The notes: a model not told the origin generated them from the sequence alone. A DNA stretch of 64,000 nucleotides from Psammoneis japonica (GCA_008632985.1 QPGO01000005.1:62001-126000); one strand, 5' to 3'. Shown: positions 38,622 through 52,632, numbered from the stretch's first letter. Program-made: numbers and translations.

Positions 38622-38788
38622 AGAAACGCTTGAACCACCAACTGCATTTTGATTTATGTACCATCGGAGCGCCTTATGTTACACGTTGGAATGAATGATA
38701 AACTTGATATCATTCGTCCTTTATACAATTTTGATCCATAACTTAAAAGAATGCTTGTCTATCGTAGCTTCTATAATTAGTGTCTTCT

Positions 38789-39682
38789 CTATGAGCACGT
38801 TTTGTTCTTGCTGCTGCTGCCCTTGCAATGAACGCAATGGCCGTTCCATCGTCGCGCCCAGTACGCATCGTTGCGACTCTTCTTGTCTTTACCTACTCGG
38901 AAGAATTCGTCAAAGGAAGTTCCGCAAGAAGGACAGCTTTTGTGGTCCAGTGCAAGGGGGTCGGCTGATGGAAACGGGTCGTCCTGACCTACCTTGTACT
39001 CGTTGTTTTTGGTGCAAATGTGCATAAACACCTGTTCGGTCTCCATGTCACCGTCCAAGTCTCCCAACACAACCGTGGACGGATCGAGACGCACCTTTGT
39101 GACGGACGAAAAGCCCGCATAATCACGAATCGCTCGTATTCTGCTTCGGGGTGTCAAACAAATGTACTTGCCACCAGAGTCAAGCCACGAATGCACATTG
39201 TCCAACAAGCTTCTCACGAGGGGAGACGCAGCTCGAGCCTTGGGACCTCGTTGTTGACTTCGAAACATGAACGTATCTAAACACCCCTTGTCAAGAATCA
39301 CGTTGTAATTTTGGTTAAAGGTCTCGTTGGCTTCCAGCACGTTGAGAACTTTATAGTCAAAACTACCGTGGCTGGAGCGGATCGTTTCTTGATCTCGATT
39401 TCTGTTTTGTTCAACGCAAACAGAGCTCACGTCGGTAGCCAAGACATGGCAACGATTTTCACAAATTCGATGCAAGTGTTTCCATAAGTCTCGAGACAAG
39501 CAGGAGCTACCGCATCCAATCTCCAACAACGAGGCACCGCCGCCGTGTGCACTCACGACGTGTTGACCGATGGCATCCAAGAGTGCGGGTGACGGCTGCA
39601 AGATCCATTCCTTTGCAGATGATTCTTCTTGAGAGGCGGTGTGATAGTCATCCCAGAAACGCAGCGTCTTGTCTCTCTGCAT
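38789..39682 (-). CDS. Class I SAM-dependent methyltransferase (EEF1AKMT4/METTL13-N-like) with C-terminal CxxC pair
   Basis: FWDDY, EW, LEIGCGSS, DVSSVCVE, ILDKGCLD; CPSC...CVHC. Confidence 0.85.
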   Translation of the reverse strand: MQRDKTLRFWDDYHTASQEESSAKEWILQPSPALLDAIGQHVVSAHGGGASLLEIGCGSSCLSRDLWKHLHRICENRCHVLATDVSSVCVEQNRNRDQETIRSSHGSFDYKVLNVLEANETFNQNYNVILDKGCLDTFMFRSQQRGPKARAASPLVRSLLDNVHSWLDSGGKYICLTPRSRIRAIRDYAGFSSVTKVRLDPSTVVLGDLDGDMETEQVFMHICTKNNEYKVGQDDPFPSADPLALDHKSCPSCGTSFDEFFRVGKDKKSRNDAYWARRWNGHCVHCKGSSSKNKTCS

Positions 39683-39959
39683 TACTCGTTTTCATTCAGG
39701 TCATGGTGTGCTGCGCGCTGCTTCACATTTCAACTGCAACGAAGAATCAAACGAAAAGAAATGCACCATCATTGTCGTCCGTCCGTCGCTCACTGATCGT
39801 CCGTTCGTGGTGGTGTGCGATGCGACGGCTGGAGCTCTTTCGCCGAAGGGGGCCGCATCCAACATGGCGGGAAGAAAAAATGCAAAACAACGGAACAATT
39901 TGGCGACGCACGCCTTGGCTACTTATAGCAAAAAGTCGCTAACTGGAGAGTAGCTGCTC

Positions 39960-41290
39960 GCATTTTGTGTGCCAGTTGCTGGACATCTCATCCCCACCCC
40001 TGCTTCAAGACTTCAAGAAGAAGTGGCAAGAGGTTGTCGGCATTGGGGTGAGACAAGTGAGCACGGTGCCAGCCAAGTCCAGAGATGTCATTGGCATTCT
40101 TGCTTGTGCTTTTGAGATCTTTAAATTCCATGAGAAGAAATTTAGATTGATGGAAGGTTTCACTCCACCACCTCCCCTCTCTCCCCCAGTGCCCAGCGGC
40201 ACACCCTCGGGAGCTGGAAACTTTCTTTTTTGCAAAAAATGTGACACCCACATTGGGCGCAGCTGCATGAGTGTGCAACAGCACAGATGGCAAGGAGTGC
40301 AACCTTGTGCTCTTCTCCAGCTGACATCACACCACCAAGCAACCCCAGTGCTGCGCGCAGCTGCAACATGCCTTTGCAAACAATCGTGCGCTCCATGTTC
40401 TCCTCATGCGTGTGGTGGATTTGCAGCTGCTGGAAAGCAGCACAACAAACTTGCACTTCACATTGCTCTCTTGTGGAGTCAGCACCAAGGCTTTCTCCAA
40501 CTCAAGAGGTGCATGCTTCAAGTGAGATAAATTTGGATTCCAGGGTCCATGTGCGATCAGAAAGCAACATCAAGGAAGCACCTGGAGGAGCATCATTTCT
40601 GTCATCTGACTGAAGAACTTTCCTCCTTGCTGTCCACTGCTCACAACTTGTGACTGGGGTCACACCCAGCACACCTGATGAACCACACCAACAAAATCAG
40701 CACCAACCTTGCTTTTCCAACCATCGACATCTGACAAGGCCTGATCTGTCACAACAGTGCTGCCAGAAATCCAGACAACAAAGCTCTGTGCATTTTGAAA
40801 CAAAGAAGCTGATCCACAGGAGGAGCACCACTTGGTGTGTGGAGTGATTGCATGGTGTTTGGCCCAAAGCAAAGGTGTGGAGCTGCCAAAAAGGCCTTGC
40901 CTTTTGCTTGGTGCATGATGCACGCTGTGCACAGCAGACTTCTTGAGCTGTTGCTGCTCCTGGAAATGCTGGAGATTTCTTTCAGCAGTGCACCACAGAG
41001 GAGGCAGTGTTTTCAACTTGCCAAACAAGTGGAGACAGTGCTGTGCAGGTCACGATGGTCGTCAGACTCCCTCATGACACAATGTGACATGCAAGGCACC
41101 ACCCAAATCTGTCACTCCCCTTCAGCCACTTGTGCTGCACATCATGTCAGTTGTGATGAGACAGACATTTGGCAAGATGATCTTGGTGAGACAACTGAGT
41201 GATTTCCTTTGTGGGTTCAGCTGCAGTGAGAATGCACTCTTTCAACTTTTTGGTTCTGGCACACCCCGCTTTCTGCTTTCAGTCCTAATC
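39960..41290. repeat. TpA/CpG-depleted repeat block 4
   Basis: Composition shift; no recognised domain. Confidence 0.8.
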
Positions 41291-41897
41291 ACATTCTATT
41301 TAGAGTGCATTTGGTGCAAACTGTAGGCAAGCTGGTTGCAAGGGGGTTGTTGAGCTCATTGGCCCAAGCAGGCGACGATGGAATTTGGAATGAGGAGGAC
41401 CGTGCAATGCCGACGAACGATCTAAAGTGTTGTGTGCCGTTAGGCTCTGCTCGTAGCTGCACAGTGCTCGTAGGGAGTTGTTCCTTGCATGGCATTATGT
41501 GCTGGCCCAGTTTTAAACCCGTTTGCCCAACTTCTGGACAGCCAGGGACCTGCTTTACAATCCTTCAACATTCTGCAAAATTACCGAGGATGAACGAAGA
41601 TGGAAGTGGAGGGTCTCCTGTCTGCTACAGACTATTCTACTGTCCATCAGTCTCAAGCAATGGTACATTCCGGATGATTTCTAGCTCGCGACACTTCAAA
41701 CATCATTCATTTCTAATCGATGCTTATCCTTACTGACTTTATTAGGGTCCTCAACGCGACGTGCTACCGATGAATGCACAAGGACAACTGTCTCCGTTCA
41801 TCCGATGCAGGGAATGCGCTGGAGGAGCACCATTTCAATCATGTCGTTGACACGGCATATACAGAGCCGTTGTAATCAGCACAATTCTGCAAAGGGC

Positions 41898-43129
41898 TTA
41901 CTGTGGCTTCACCCCTTTGGGAAGAGCCATCATACCTTCTACATCCAAGTTTGGCATTTCCGATTCAAGAACCCAGAGCGTTTCGCCAAAATTTGCTAGT
42001 CGTTTCATGAAGACATATCCGTTTTGCTGCAATTACAGTAAAGAGTAAAGGTAGGGAATGACAAAAGGATTATAAAATGAAGGCGTGAGAACTCAAAGTC
42101 GTACGAGATCTACCGGAAGAACACAACGAAACCCTCACAGACTGACCTTTAGCAAATCCTCCATTTGTTCCGACAAACGCTCAGCTGAAATAGCGGTGAT
42201 GCGATACTTATCAAACGGGAAGTTCCACATGACAAAGGCTTCAGCTCCTTCCACATCCAGCGAAAGATAGTCTATTATTTTCGGCGCTTGATTGCGATCC
42301 AAAATATCGATAAAGGGAACAGCGAAGGCGTATTCTGAACGAGCCTTTTGATTTGAACTATCAAAGCCATCCTTGGCAATGCCACCCGTTTCTCCTCCCT
42401 GAAAATCAAAAAGCATTGGTTCAGGTTTCTCGATGGCAGACTGGTTGGTTAAGGCTGCCGCGTTATCGCCCCCAACTACCGCTGCAACGACTTGACAGGT
42501 TCGAATATGCGTCAATCCGCGCCAGTACCACGGGTTGGCTTCCACGCACAGGCCAGTCCAGCCATACGACCGTTCCAAAGCATATGTGTTTGAGAGATAC
42601 ATTGGCGCATTAGATGCCAAATCAAGAAAGTAGCCATTCCGTTTGCCCCGAAACAACTTGATAATGTGTTCGTCCTGGTAGGCCTGCGAGTACCACTTGT
42701 GGCCCGGACCATCACTGACGAAATCAATGCCGCCCTTCTTCTCAGCCTCCTCTTGAAAAAATGATATATCCCCATAATAAACCTGAATTGTTTTCCATCC
42801 ATCGCCGTTGACGATTCTCCTGTCAGTGTTGATGCTGGGTGCGACGGATCGATTGGTCGTCGCGATCTCTGAGGAAGAACGGCGCTTTGCGTGTACTTGC
42901 TGCGGCGGTAGCGGGGTGCTCACGGTGCCAGTTCTTAGCATGGCGTCGGAGATTACATGAAAGACATGACCAAACACACAACCGAGAGAAAACAGTATGA
43001 TTCCCGAAGTCGAAAGTTGTCGGCAGCATCGCTGTCGCTTCACATGGGGGGAGACAATTCCTGCTTTTTTCCGTTGTTTGGCTCCGAGTCTCCGTCACCG
43101 CCGTCGCGTGTATTTCGTTGAGAAACCAT
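41898..43129 (-). CDS. FkbM-family methyltransferase, membrane-anchored (intron ~42027-42147; -1 frameshift in C-run near 43047)
   Basis: SQAYQD, GYFLDLASN, SNTYALE..GWTGLCVEAN, IDYLSLDVEGAE; N-terminal TM segment. Confidence 0.85.
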
Positions 43130-46100
43130 CGTACAAGCTCTTTAGATTCGCCCTTGTGTGACTCTATACAAACTGCGTAAGTCTCTCGCAGCACTGAATG
43201 ATGATCAAGAATCAAGAAGCTGTAAGCTGTCGCTGATGAGCCGCGAGCCGCACAGAGGGCAGAGGCGCGGGGAAAAAGGCGAGCCCTTGGTTGAATAGTC
43301 CAGTACAAATTTTGTGTACATTTCTACTTAGTTCTTCGTAGCATCGTTGACACCAGACACGACAATGGCGTAACAGCAGGCTAGATTTGCAGCTAGTTTC
43401 CTATTTTATGTCCACTGCAGCATTGTCTTCTGGCACGTCAATGTCGCACAAGTGCAGGTCTGTCACCAGCATGTTCGTGTGGCTGGGTAAGAATTGTTGA
43501 GAGTGATGGCAAGAGCAGTGGTTTGCACCAGCAAAGTTGCTCGTCACTTCTCATCCGCACACCCTTCTTGACAAACCAAGACATTTGCTGTGGTTGGCTC
43601 CCCCCACTCACTGCCGCATGTGTGCCACAAAATCTTGCGTTGGTTGCTGTGCCCAAGAAGATCTCCACAAGTGTGATTTTGCTCAACCCGCCACAGTTGA
43701 CAGCAGTGCCAAGCACACACAGGGTGCTTGCGTGTCACTGCAGAACAGCTCTAAATTGCTTGAGGTGAGGTGGCATCATTTTCAAGCCCACATGTCATCA
43801 TTTTGTTGGGTCAGGCTCTGGTCTTCACAGTTTGTTGCATGAAAGCAGCTGGTGCTCAACAACATCTTCCCACAGTTGCCAAAAATGGCCACACCAAGCC
43901 ACAGATGTGTGTGTGTTTGCACATCGCACATGAACAGTTCTGAAGTGCTTGCGTGGAGGTGTCAACACATCCAAGCTCACACACCACTGCTTTGGGCACA
44001 AAAGAATGCTGTGGTGCTCTTGCTCAGAGCACCAGCCAGCCATGACAAGTTTTTGATCCACCAGCACCTCCAGCCTCCAGCACCTCAGCACAATGGACCA
44101 ATCGAATTCTCAGGTGTGTTTGCATGTCATTGCTGAATGGCTGTAGAACAAGACTCATGGGGAACAATGTGCCACAGCACCATGTGTTGTGCAAAGCATG
44201 CCACTTGCAGCACATCCACAAGAGAAACAACACAAAAAACAAGCAGCTCCCAGTGCCCCTGTTGTTGCACCCACACCTCAAGCTCTGCCATTTGGTCCAA
44301 TCCATTTTTTCATGTTGCAACTGATGCAGTTGCAGATGCCACCAATGTGGCTGCTGCCTGCTGGTTCTTGGAGAAAGAGGTGTTGTGACAACAATGTGAC
44401 TGTGCCATCATTGCAAAACTGCTGTGTTCAGTGTTTGGCCTTGTGCAAATTTGAGTGAGTGGGTGGGTGCAACTGCCATTTCAGCAGTGTCTGATGTAAA
44501 ATTTTGTGCACAGAAATGTGCCCAAATTTTGCACTTCATGCAAGACAAGTTCCTTGGGGATTGGGGGGGGGGGGGGGGATGGCAAAACCTGAGAAATGTT
44601 CAGAAATGAAGATGCACACAAACACCCCAGTCAATGTGTGTGGCAAAGCAGCACCATTCCTGTTGGTGTTGTTCATGTGTGAAGGTTGGTGTGCTGTGAC
44701 ATCATGGCAAACAGCCCAATGTTCCATCCTTTGCATGTGCAAGATTTGAAAAGCATTTGGAAATGCAGGGGCACAACAAACAAGCAGCAGTCAGTGCACG
44801 GCTGTGTGGCTGTGGTGTTTGTGCATGCAGGGTGGCACAGCTTTGTGCTGCAGTTGACAGCACAAAGTTCTGTCCTTTCTGTGAGAGCAGCAGAGTTGTT
44901 GCACAAGTTCCTGACCCAATCAGAAGTCTCAAATGTGTGGATGCTAAAATCCCCTGGCAACATGAAATGCACAAAATTCTGACTGAAGCCGGGTTTCATG
45001 TGGCCAAGTCTTGTTCCCCTGCAATCAAATTCAATGCCAATCTCAGAAACTGACACCTCATGTAAAAATTTAAAACCATTTGTGGTTTCAAAATTTTTGC
45101 TTTGCTTTGCTTTGCAAGCCAGAAATGACCTCATGAGCAAATTCCACACACTTGATGACAAGCATTTTTCACACTGTGCTGCAGTGCCTCTTCTTGAAAG
45201 TGTGACATTTTTGATCAAATTTCCCATGCAAGCCAATTGCCTCCACCATGGCATCACCTCTAGCACCCCCATGTTGCCAGAACATTCCCACCACTCAAAT
45301 CACCCCTTTGTCTCCTTTGGGCATGCAAAGAGAAGCGACAGATGTTGGAGCAATCCTGGCAGTCTCGGACAACACACCTGAATTGTCTGATGTTTTTAGA
45401 AAAAAGTTTCTGAAAATTTCAGGCAGCTCTGTCAGCAATGTGCATGAGACCACAACTGGCAGTTGATGGAGCTGCCATTGCAGTGCTAAAAAGTCCAGGA
45501 GTCACTTGTTCTGCACACAAAAGCTCATGCATGAACACACTTGACTCAACCCATGTGACAATGGCTGTCATTGCATGTGGCAGCATCCCTTGCAAAGGGT
45601 TGAAAGACTTCTTTGGAGAGCTGCTTGCCAAAATGTGTGCTGTCTGTCTGTGCATTTGGGGCACAAATCTTTTTGAACATTTTTGGAATTTTGATGGTGC
45701 AACAAATGGCATGTTTTGCCAGGATGGAAGTGACAGTGCTTTGCCACCCCTGCAGTGCTGGAATGGGGGTTTCTGGCTGGCGCAAGACACTGAGAATTGT
45801 GTTTGAGCATTGTGGCTGCATTTTGTGCCTTTTTTGTGACACAGAACTGTGGTGCCATCCAAGGCAAAAAGCTGCTGCAGTGTCCTGCAAGGGTTGCAGT
45901 GAAGATGTCACGCAAGCCCTGTGGAGCAGCCATCATGAGAGATCATTGGTGCACTTGGAGTGTGGTTGGTTGATTTGCCAGTGAGGGGCCAAAAGGACTG
46001 GGTGAAAAAAGATTTGTTGGTGAATGTGGCACACAAGGTGCAATTTTGCTGAAGACTCTCTTGGCACAAAGAAGCTCCAGCTCACTCTCTTGGCTTTTCT

Positions 46101-47349
46101 GCCATTGGCAAGTGACAAACAAAGCTGCATTGATGCCAACATGTGGTTGCATTCAGTGGCAACACCACTGTTGTGCACATTGTTGGCATGGAACAAGGAA
46201 GAGGGCTCTTCAACAGATGTGCACACTGACCATGACCACCATCTTTGAACTGACACCTTGTGCACCAAAAATGGCCTCTTTCTGTTGGCTGCCTTTGTTT
46301 CTTTTCTGACCACTTCCTTGCTGTTTTGATGGTGCTCATGGCAGTCTAACTCAAGCACAGAGCTTTCTTTGCCAACAACCACACTCTGCTCTTGGCCCTC
46401 ATGCTCTGTGCCATTTCCAACATGGCCAGCTCATGGAGTCAGTGTGTGTCCCTCAACTGTGCTTTGTTTCCAGTGCAGACTGCACTGGTGAGTTCCAAAA
46501 TCACTTGGTCATGATTGTGCTGGTGAAAACATCCTCAAGGGAAACTTGCATCAGCATGGTCAATGATGCATGGAAGCCTTCTTGATTGCCATGGGTGTTG
46601 CCATTTTTTTTTCTTGCCTCCAAGTTGAGTGACAGTGCAAACAGCACAGAGCTTGTTGGTTTGCTCTTTTTGTTCTTGTGCATTGCCTTTGATTCCTTCA
46701 TGTCCCCCAGTGGCAGGATGAGGTTTGCCAAAGTGCAGATGTGCCAACAATGTCAGCCCCTGCTGCCAAATGATGTTGGGCATCAACACATCAGCAGTCT
46801 TTTGCATTGCAGTGGCAGGTTGCACCATTGCCAGTGACTTTCCTGTGAATTCCTCCAAGCCACTGTGTTGTCGGCATCTGGACAATTGTGTGTCTTTTGC
46901 ACAATCAAGGAGTTTGGTCCAGTCATCTTGGAAATTTTCGTGATGATGCGACAAATGTTTTCTGTTCTCATTTCTGGCATTGTCTTTGGACACCAGATGT
47001 CCATGCTGGCAGCCAAGCAAGCTGGATGTGACATTGGCGTTTTTTGCAATTTTCTTTCTTAAGTCAATTTGGCACAAGTGCTTGGCACAAAAGAGCAGCC
47101 AGCAAGTTGTCATGTTTCTCCAGAGTTCCAGGGTTGTGCAACACAAGGATGGCACCCAGCAACAGGAAATGCCACTGCCCATGATGAAAAAGTCATTGCA
47201 GCAACAGCAAAGAAGCACCATGTTTTGAGCAAATGAAGAGTGGCAATTGTGTGTGCAAATGCTCTGGAGAGTGCTTTTTAGGAAACCATGTTTCTGAGTT
47301 TGTCTTTTTGCAGGTGGCAGCATGAAGCAGTGCCAGCAGATGGGGTGCA

Positions 47350-47870
47350 GAAAACAAAAGATGTCATTCTTCACATTGTCCTCTCTGTCATGACAGAATG
47401 AGCTGCTTTTTTTTTTGCAGGCACAGCAGTGGTCATTGCTTGCTGCTCAGTCCATTCATTGCAATGAATTGGATGGATTGAGAGACCATTGGCACTGCAA
47501 AGACTGAACCAGCTTTGTGTTTTTGAGTGAAAACAAATTGCCCAAAGCCATGCCATGATGGTCAGAGTGTGCAGCAGGAGAGGGAGCAGTTTCAGGAAAC
47601 CATGCTTCCAAGTTTAGCTTTTCCAGGCAGCAGCCAGCAGCAGACAAATTGCAGGAAACTGAGTGTCATTCTTCATGTCATTGTCCCTGCCATGTCAGAG
47701 TGAGATGATTCTTCTTGTGTGGATGCATCAGTTGTCATCACCCACTGTTCAGCTTGCAATTCACTGCAATGAATTGGATGGGCTGGGATGATGTTGGCAC
47801 TGCAAAGACCATTTTGCACTCATGCGCATGAACACAAATTGTCCAAAGTCATGCCATGATGATTGGGAAC
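47350..47870. repeat. Diverged tandem duplication (~300-bp period)
   Basis: tgtcattcttca, tgcaatgaattggatgg, ttggcactgcaaagac and caaag[c/t]catgccatgatg each occur twice about 300 bp apart. Confidence 0.75.
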
Positions 47871-50519
47871 AACTGAGCATGGTCAAGCTCTGGCTCTCTC
47901 TGGGCAAGAGTGCACAGTGGCAGAGACTGAATGTCACAATTGAGTGGTCAAGCTCTGGCTCTCTGGCCAAGAGTGCACAACAGGAGAGAGTTCTTGGAGA
48001 TTTAGAGAGACAGTCAGTTTGACAAACAAGGATTGTTGTGGAGGGCTCTTGGCTTTTGTGCCATGCAGTTGTTGTCCATCATTTGTTGGTCCTTTGAGCT
48101 GAACAACTGAGCACACCCAACAACTCCAATCCTCAGTTTGGCAACATCCACAAGTGGAAAACACAACTTTGGTGAGCTTCTTTGTTGAAGTGTTCTTGCA
48201 GCATCAAGGATGAGGGACATTGGCAAGTGGCAACCTTTGGCAGTGGCTTGGCTTCCACAAGGTGGTGCTTCTTTGAGCTGCTTGGGAAAAGCTTGGTCTT
48301 GAGCTTTGAACCCATCCAGAGTTCACTGTTGCCATCCTTGAGACAACCATTGATCATTTTGTCATCAATGAGACCCTTGAGCCTCAACTTTATGAAGCTT
48401 TGCTGCCTGAACCAGCAACTTGGATCCTGCAGGCAACTGAGGCAGTGCGTGCCATGCCTTGCAAACACCATCAACATTGGCATCACACACCCCATTTGCA
48501 CTGGCAAGCTGCTTTCACTTTCAATTGTAGAAGGCACAACAGCTTGAGTGCCAGGTGTTGCATGCATTGTGGTGGACAACACAGCAGCCCCATGAGCCAT
48601 CTTTTGTCATCATTGTTGGCATCAAATTCTAACAGCACATTGTTTGGCAAGTGCTCTAAAAAAACACCCCTGGGGTGATGCTCCTTGTGCACATGAAAAA
48701 CACCAGACATGCAAGAGCAAACTGCACTTCACTGATGCAAACAAGAAAAAATGACAATTGTCAAGAAGATGAAGAGATGTCTTGGTCTTTTTCGTGGCAA
48801 ATGCCCCAAGCTGCATCATCTTGTCCCTGCTCTGTGAGCAAAAGGCTGTCCCAGTTGAGTGCAACAGAGTCGCTCTTCTGGCAAAGCAACAGCAGAAATG
48901 GAAAAATGCCAACAAGAGTGACCCGGCTTTCATTGAAACCCCTTGACACATCTTTTGCAAGTCTGCAGACCTCCTGGCTCTGGAAAATCAACAGCAGTGT
49001 TTTGTTGGACCTGCTGGGCTTGTGAGACTTGTCAAGCACAGGCGCATTTTGGTTGGCTCATGCTGCCAAAGAAAAAGAAGGTTGCTGGAACATGGGTGCC
49101 ATAAATCAAAATGATGGATGTTTGACAGTCAACCCATGTGCTGTTCCACAAAGGGCTGAAGACTTGTCTGGATTGGCAATTGTCATTTTTGATGGTGTTT
49201 GGCAATCCATGCTTGAGCACTGGCAAGAGTTGGAAAATGCTTTGGCAAGAGAGGGCATGACTGTTGCAGTCATCCAGCCAGAAGGAGTGCATTTCCATGA
49301 AAACAACTCTCAAGACATTGCAAAGCTGCAGCTTTTTGCACCCTCGTGGACCCTGCCAGAGCATTTTGTGGCAAGTGACAACCCCCCAGAATTTTGGGAG
49401 AGATGTCAGCCCACCAAGTGTTTCATGGGGGAACCAGCAATGATCATGTCAATTGTCAACAACAACTGATGCAAGACAAGTTCAACCTTGCTGTGCAGCT
49501 GGCTTGACTCCTGTTCTGAAGTGCAGAGCATGTCATAAAAACAGAGAATCAAGCAGGATGTTCTGGACATGGGCAGAATTGACAGCCTGGAAAAGGCAGC
49601 CAAAAATGCCCAAAGTGTTGGTGCTGTGAATGCTGTTGTCACTTGGTTTCACAACAGCAAGAATGGTGCCACTCCACAGCAAGAGGCGGCGGTGCCCACC
49701 AGCAAAGATTTGAAAGAGCAGGACTTGCAGGCACCAACCTTAATGCTTCAGGACCACAAATTTGTCATCTGGGAAGCTGTGCCATGCATTGATGTCAGTG
49801 CCTTTGCAGCCAATGAAGTGGCAAAAAGCACTCCATCAAGCATTGGATGGCTCTGGCACATTGCCCATGATGCTCTCAGTGCTAGAAACAAGGTCATCAA
49901 GGGATGCGCCTTTGAAGAGCAGCTCAAGAAGAGCCTTGGAGAGGCTGCCAATCCTGAAGACATTTCTCTTTGTCCAACACAGATGGGAGGAGAGCCTGCA
50001 CTTGCAAGTTGACAGGTTCAAGTCATGCAGTGAACCCAATCTGGAAGAAAAACTGAAGAAAAAAATTGTGGACAAAGCCCAAGCAACACATGAATGTTTG
50101 TGGCTGGGCAGCAAGGAGCTTTTGATGCTGTGCATGTTCAGTCTCCAACTCATCCAAGGTTTGTTCAAGCTGTGGTGGGACAAAAGCACATGTTTTGCTT
50201 GGATGTGACATGCCTTCTTTTCCAGAGGCTGGCAGCATCAAATGTTTGGTCGCATGTTGAATTCTCACTTTTGACAAGGCTGAGCAATGAGCAAGAGCAG
50301 CCTTTTCCCCTTGATCCTGTGGGGAGAAGCTTCTGAAGCACAAGCATTTTGATGAGACAGATTGGGATGAAAGAGTCCATCAATGAAATGTTGTTTGCAG
50401 TTCCTTGATTGGACAGAACATCTTCAGCAACACAACTTTTGCACATGACTCCTCACACCAAGCCCCAGTTGGAGTGCAAGGGTTGCAATGACAAATGAAA
50501 ACCAGCCCAAACAAAAAGT

Positions 50520-51430
50520 GCCAGTGACAATTGAAAAGGCTCATTTTCTCTTTTGTGATCTCCCATGAATGCAAGAATCCTGCAAACACATGGGCTGGGT
50601 GCTGAAGCCTGGATCCATTTCAGCATGCAAAGCTTGTGCAGCAGGCACAAGCCAAACAGAAGAATGCACCAAAAGAAAGCCCACATGAGCCAAGCAAGGT
50701 TTCAAACAAATGAGTGCATTTGGACCTGACAAGAGTCAGAGAAAAGGATGACAAAGAGTCCTCCAAGCCCAGTGGACAACAAGGCTGCACAGCTCAAATT
50801 CCTGGTGTGTTGATGGAAACAAGCAGGAGCACCAGTGAAGCATGTTGGGTGTGATGGTGCAGGAGAGAACAAGGCATTGGAGAAAAGAGCCTGCAGCATG
50901 GATTGGAAGCTTGGCATTGAATGCACACCACTGCATGAGATGCACCATGGCAAAACCACTTGGCACAACTGTCAGCTGCCTCCACAGTGTCCTCTGCAAT
51001 GTCTGAGTCCAGAGCTTTGATGAATGCAGCAAACATGGCTGATGACAAGTGTCTTGTTGTGGCACACAAGGCTGTTGAAACAGTGGACAAAGTTGATGGT
51101 CTGACCTGTGTCAAGAAAGGAGACAGCAAAACAGTTGGATCTCAATGTGAGCACTGGGGCAAAGGCAACCCTGCATTTGGGGACCATTCATGTGCTTGAG
51201 GTGAAGCTGGAACAGTCAAATCAAGAGCTCAGCCATGCCAAAGGTGGCACCAGATTGTGGTGGGGATCATGTGGGAATTTGTCATGAAATGTGGAGCCCC
51301 AAGACCAGTGCAGTCCACACAATGCAAGGCACATCAAATTTGGTTAAAAAGAGTGTTCCAATGATGTCAAAATCACTCAAGCTGTCAAGAAGGACAAGCT
51401 TGATGAAGATGAGCTCATGGATGCTGTGAG
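50520..51430 (+). pseudogene. Ty1/copia integrase remnant (third family)
   Basis: IEKAH..KHMGWVLKPGSISACKAC (HHCC), KHVGCDGAGENKALE, DWKLGIE, RALMNAAN, CEHWG, GEAGTVK. Confidence 0.8.
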
Positions 51431-52632
51431 TTAAAGCCTGCTGAGTGGTGCTTTTAGCACTCTCACATTTCTTGCACACACTTCAACATTGTGAACAAAA
51501 CTGCATCCCAAGACTGTGTAAAAATTGGTGGCTTGGGAATTGCACACACTGGTGCAGGCCAAGGCATCACCTCACACCTTGATGCTGTGGGTGCCAACAA
51601 TGTTTCACAGTTAAAAAATGCCAAGCACTGGGGCTTGTGTGTCAGTGGGATGGCATGACAAGAGTGCAGCACTTGTTGCAAAGGGTGACAAGGCTGAGGT
51701 GGTGAGCAGCGGCGATGCCACCACGGGTCATGATGTGGCACAATTGCCAATGAGGAGACGGGCCAAACAGCAGCTGCACTGCTGGTGCCCACCAAAAAAC
51801 AAGTGCTTTTAGAGGCATCAGTTGATGTTGTCAACTCTGCCACCACTGACCTTCTCAAAACTGTGGAGGAGCATGTTGAAGCAGATTTTGCAGCTGCTTT
51901 TGCTCTGGGCGGCTGCAGTGGAGAGTTGTCCCCCCTCATGCGTTGGCGAGCAAGCTGCCCACAAACACAGCATGACAAATGTCAAGTGCCAAAGATTGTT
52001 GTGGCAGGAAGAATGAAAGTGTTGCAAATGCCCACTGCATTTGAAAATGTTGTTGAGCTCTCTGGCAAGGAGAAGCTCCCAGAGTTTGTCATGCCAGCAT
52101 GGCGTCATTTGACCGCACCAAGTCAGCGCGACTTGTGCACCAAGGCCTTTCATGAGTTGGAGTTTTGGCATAAAATTCTCCACAGTTCCATGCAGTTTTT
52201 GCAGGACAGAAGCACAGGTGGCACCAGAAAGAAGAAGTTCTGAGCACTTGAAACTTGGCTCGCCACAAAGAAAATCTCGTGCCTCGTGCCATGTCAAAGG
52301 TCAACGACCAGCACAGTCATGAATGCTCAAGGTTTGCTTCTAACACATTGGATCAGACAGAAGTTGGTTCCTGGAGTTTGGTTGTTTTGCATCCAACATG
52401 AAACAGACAGGGCCCTGCTGTCAAGCTAAGTGGAGTCTCGGTGTTTTTATGTGTGGCAAGCGGGTTTTCCAGGTTGGCGGCGGGATGGGAAAGCCCGCAT
52501 CGCGCGGAAGAATCGCACGTTCCGGAAGGGCGAAGGTTGGCAAGATTCTTCTTCTTCTTGCAACGGCGTTACTGTGTGTATGGTTCGCCATTCGGCAATC
52601 CGATGTGAACCTAAGCATCGGGAATTGGCAAG

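Larger units (their letters stand above)
43410..52440. repeat. TpA/CpG-depleted repeat block 5 (mosaic of degenerate elements)
   Basis: About 9 kb almost lacking TA and CG; contains a copia integrase remnant and local duplications. Confidence 0.9.
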
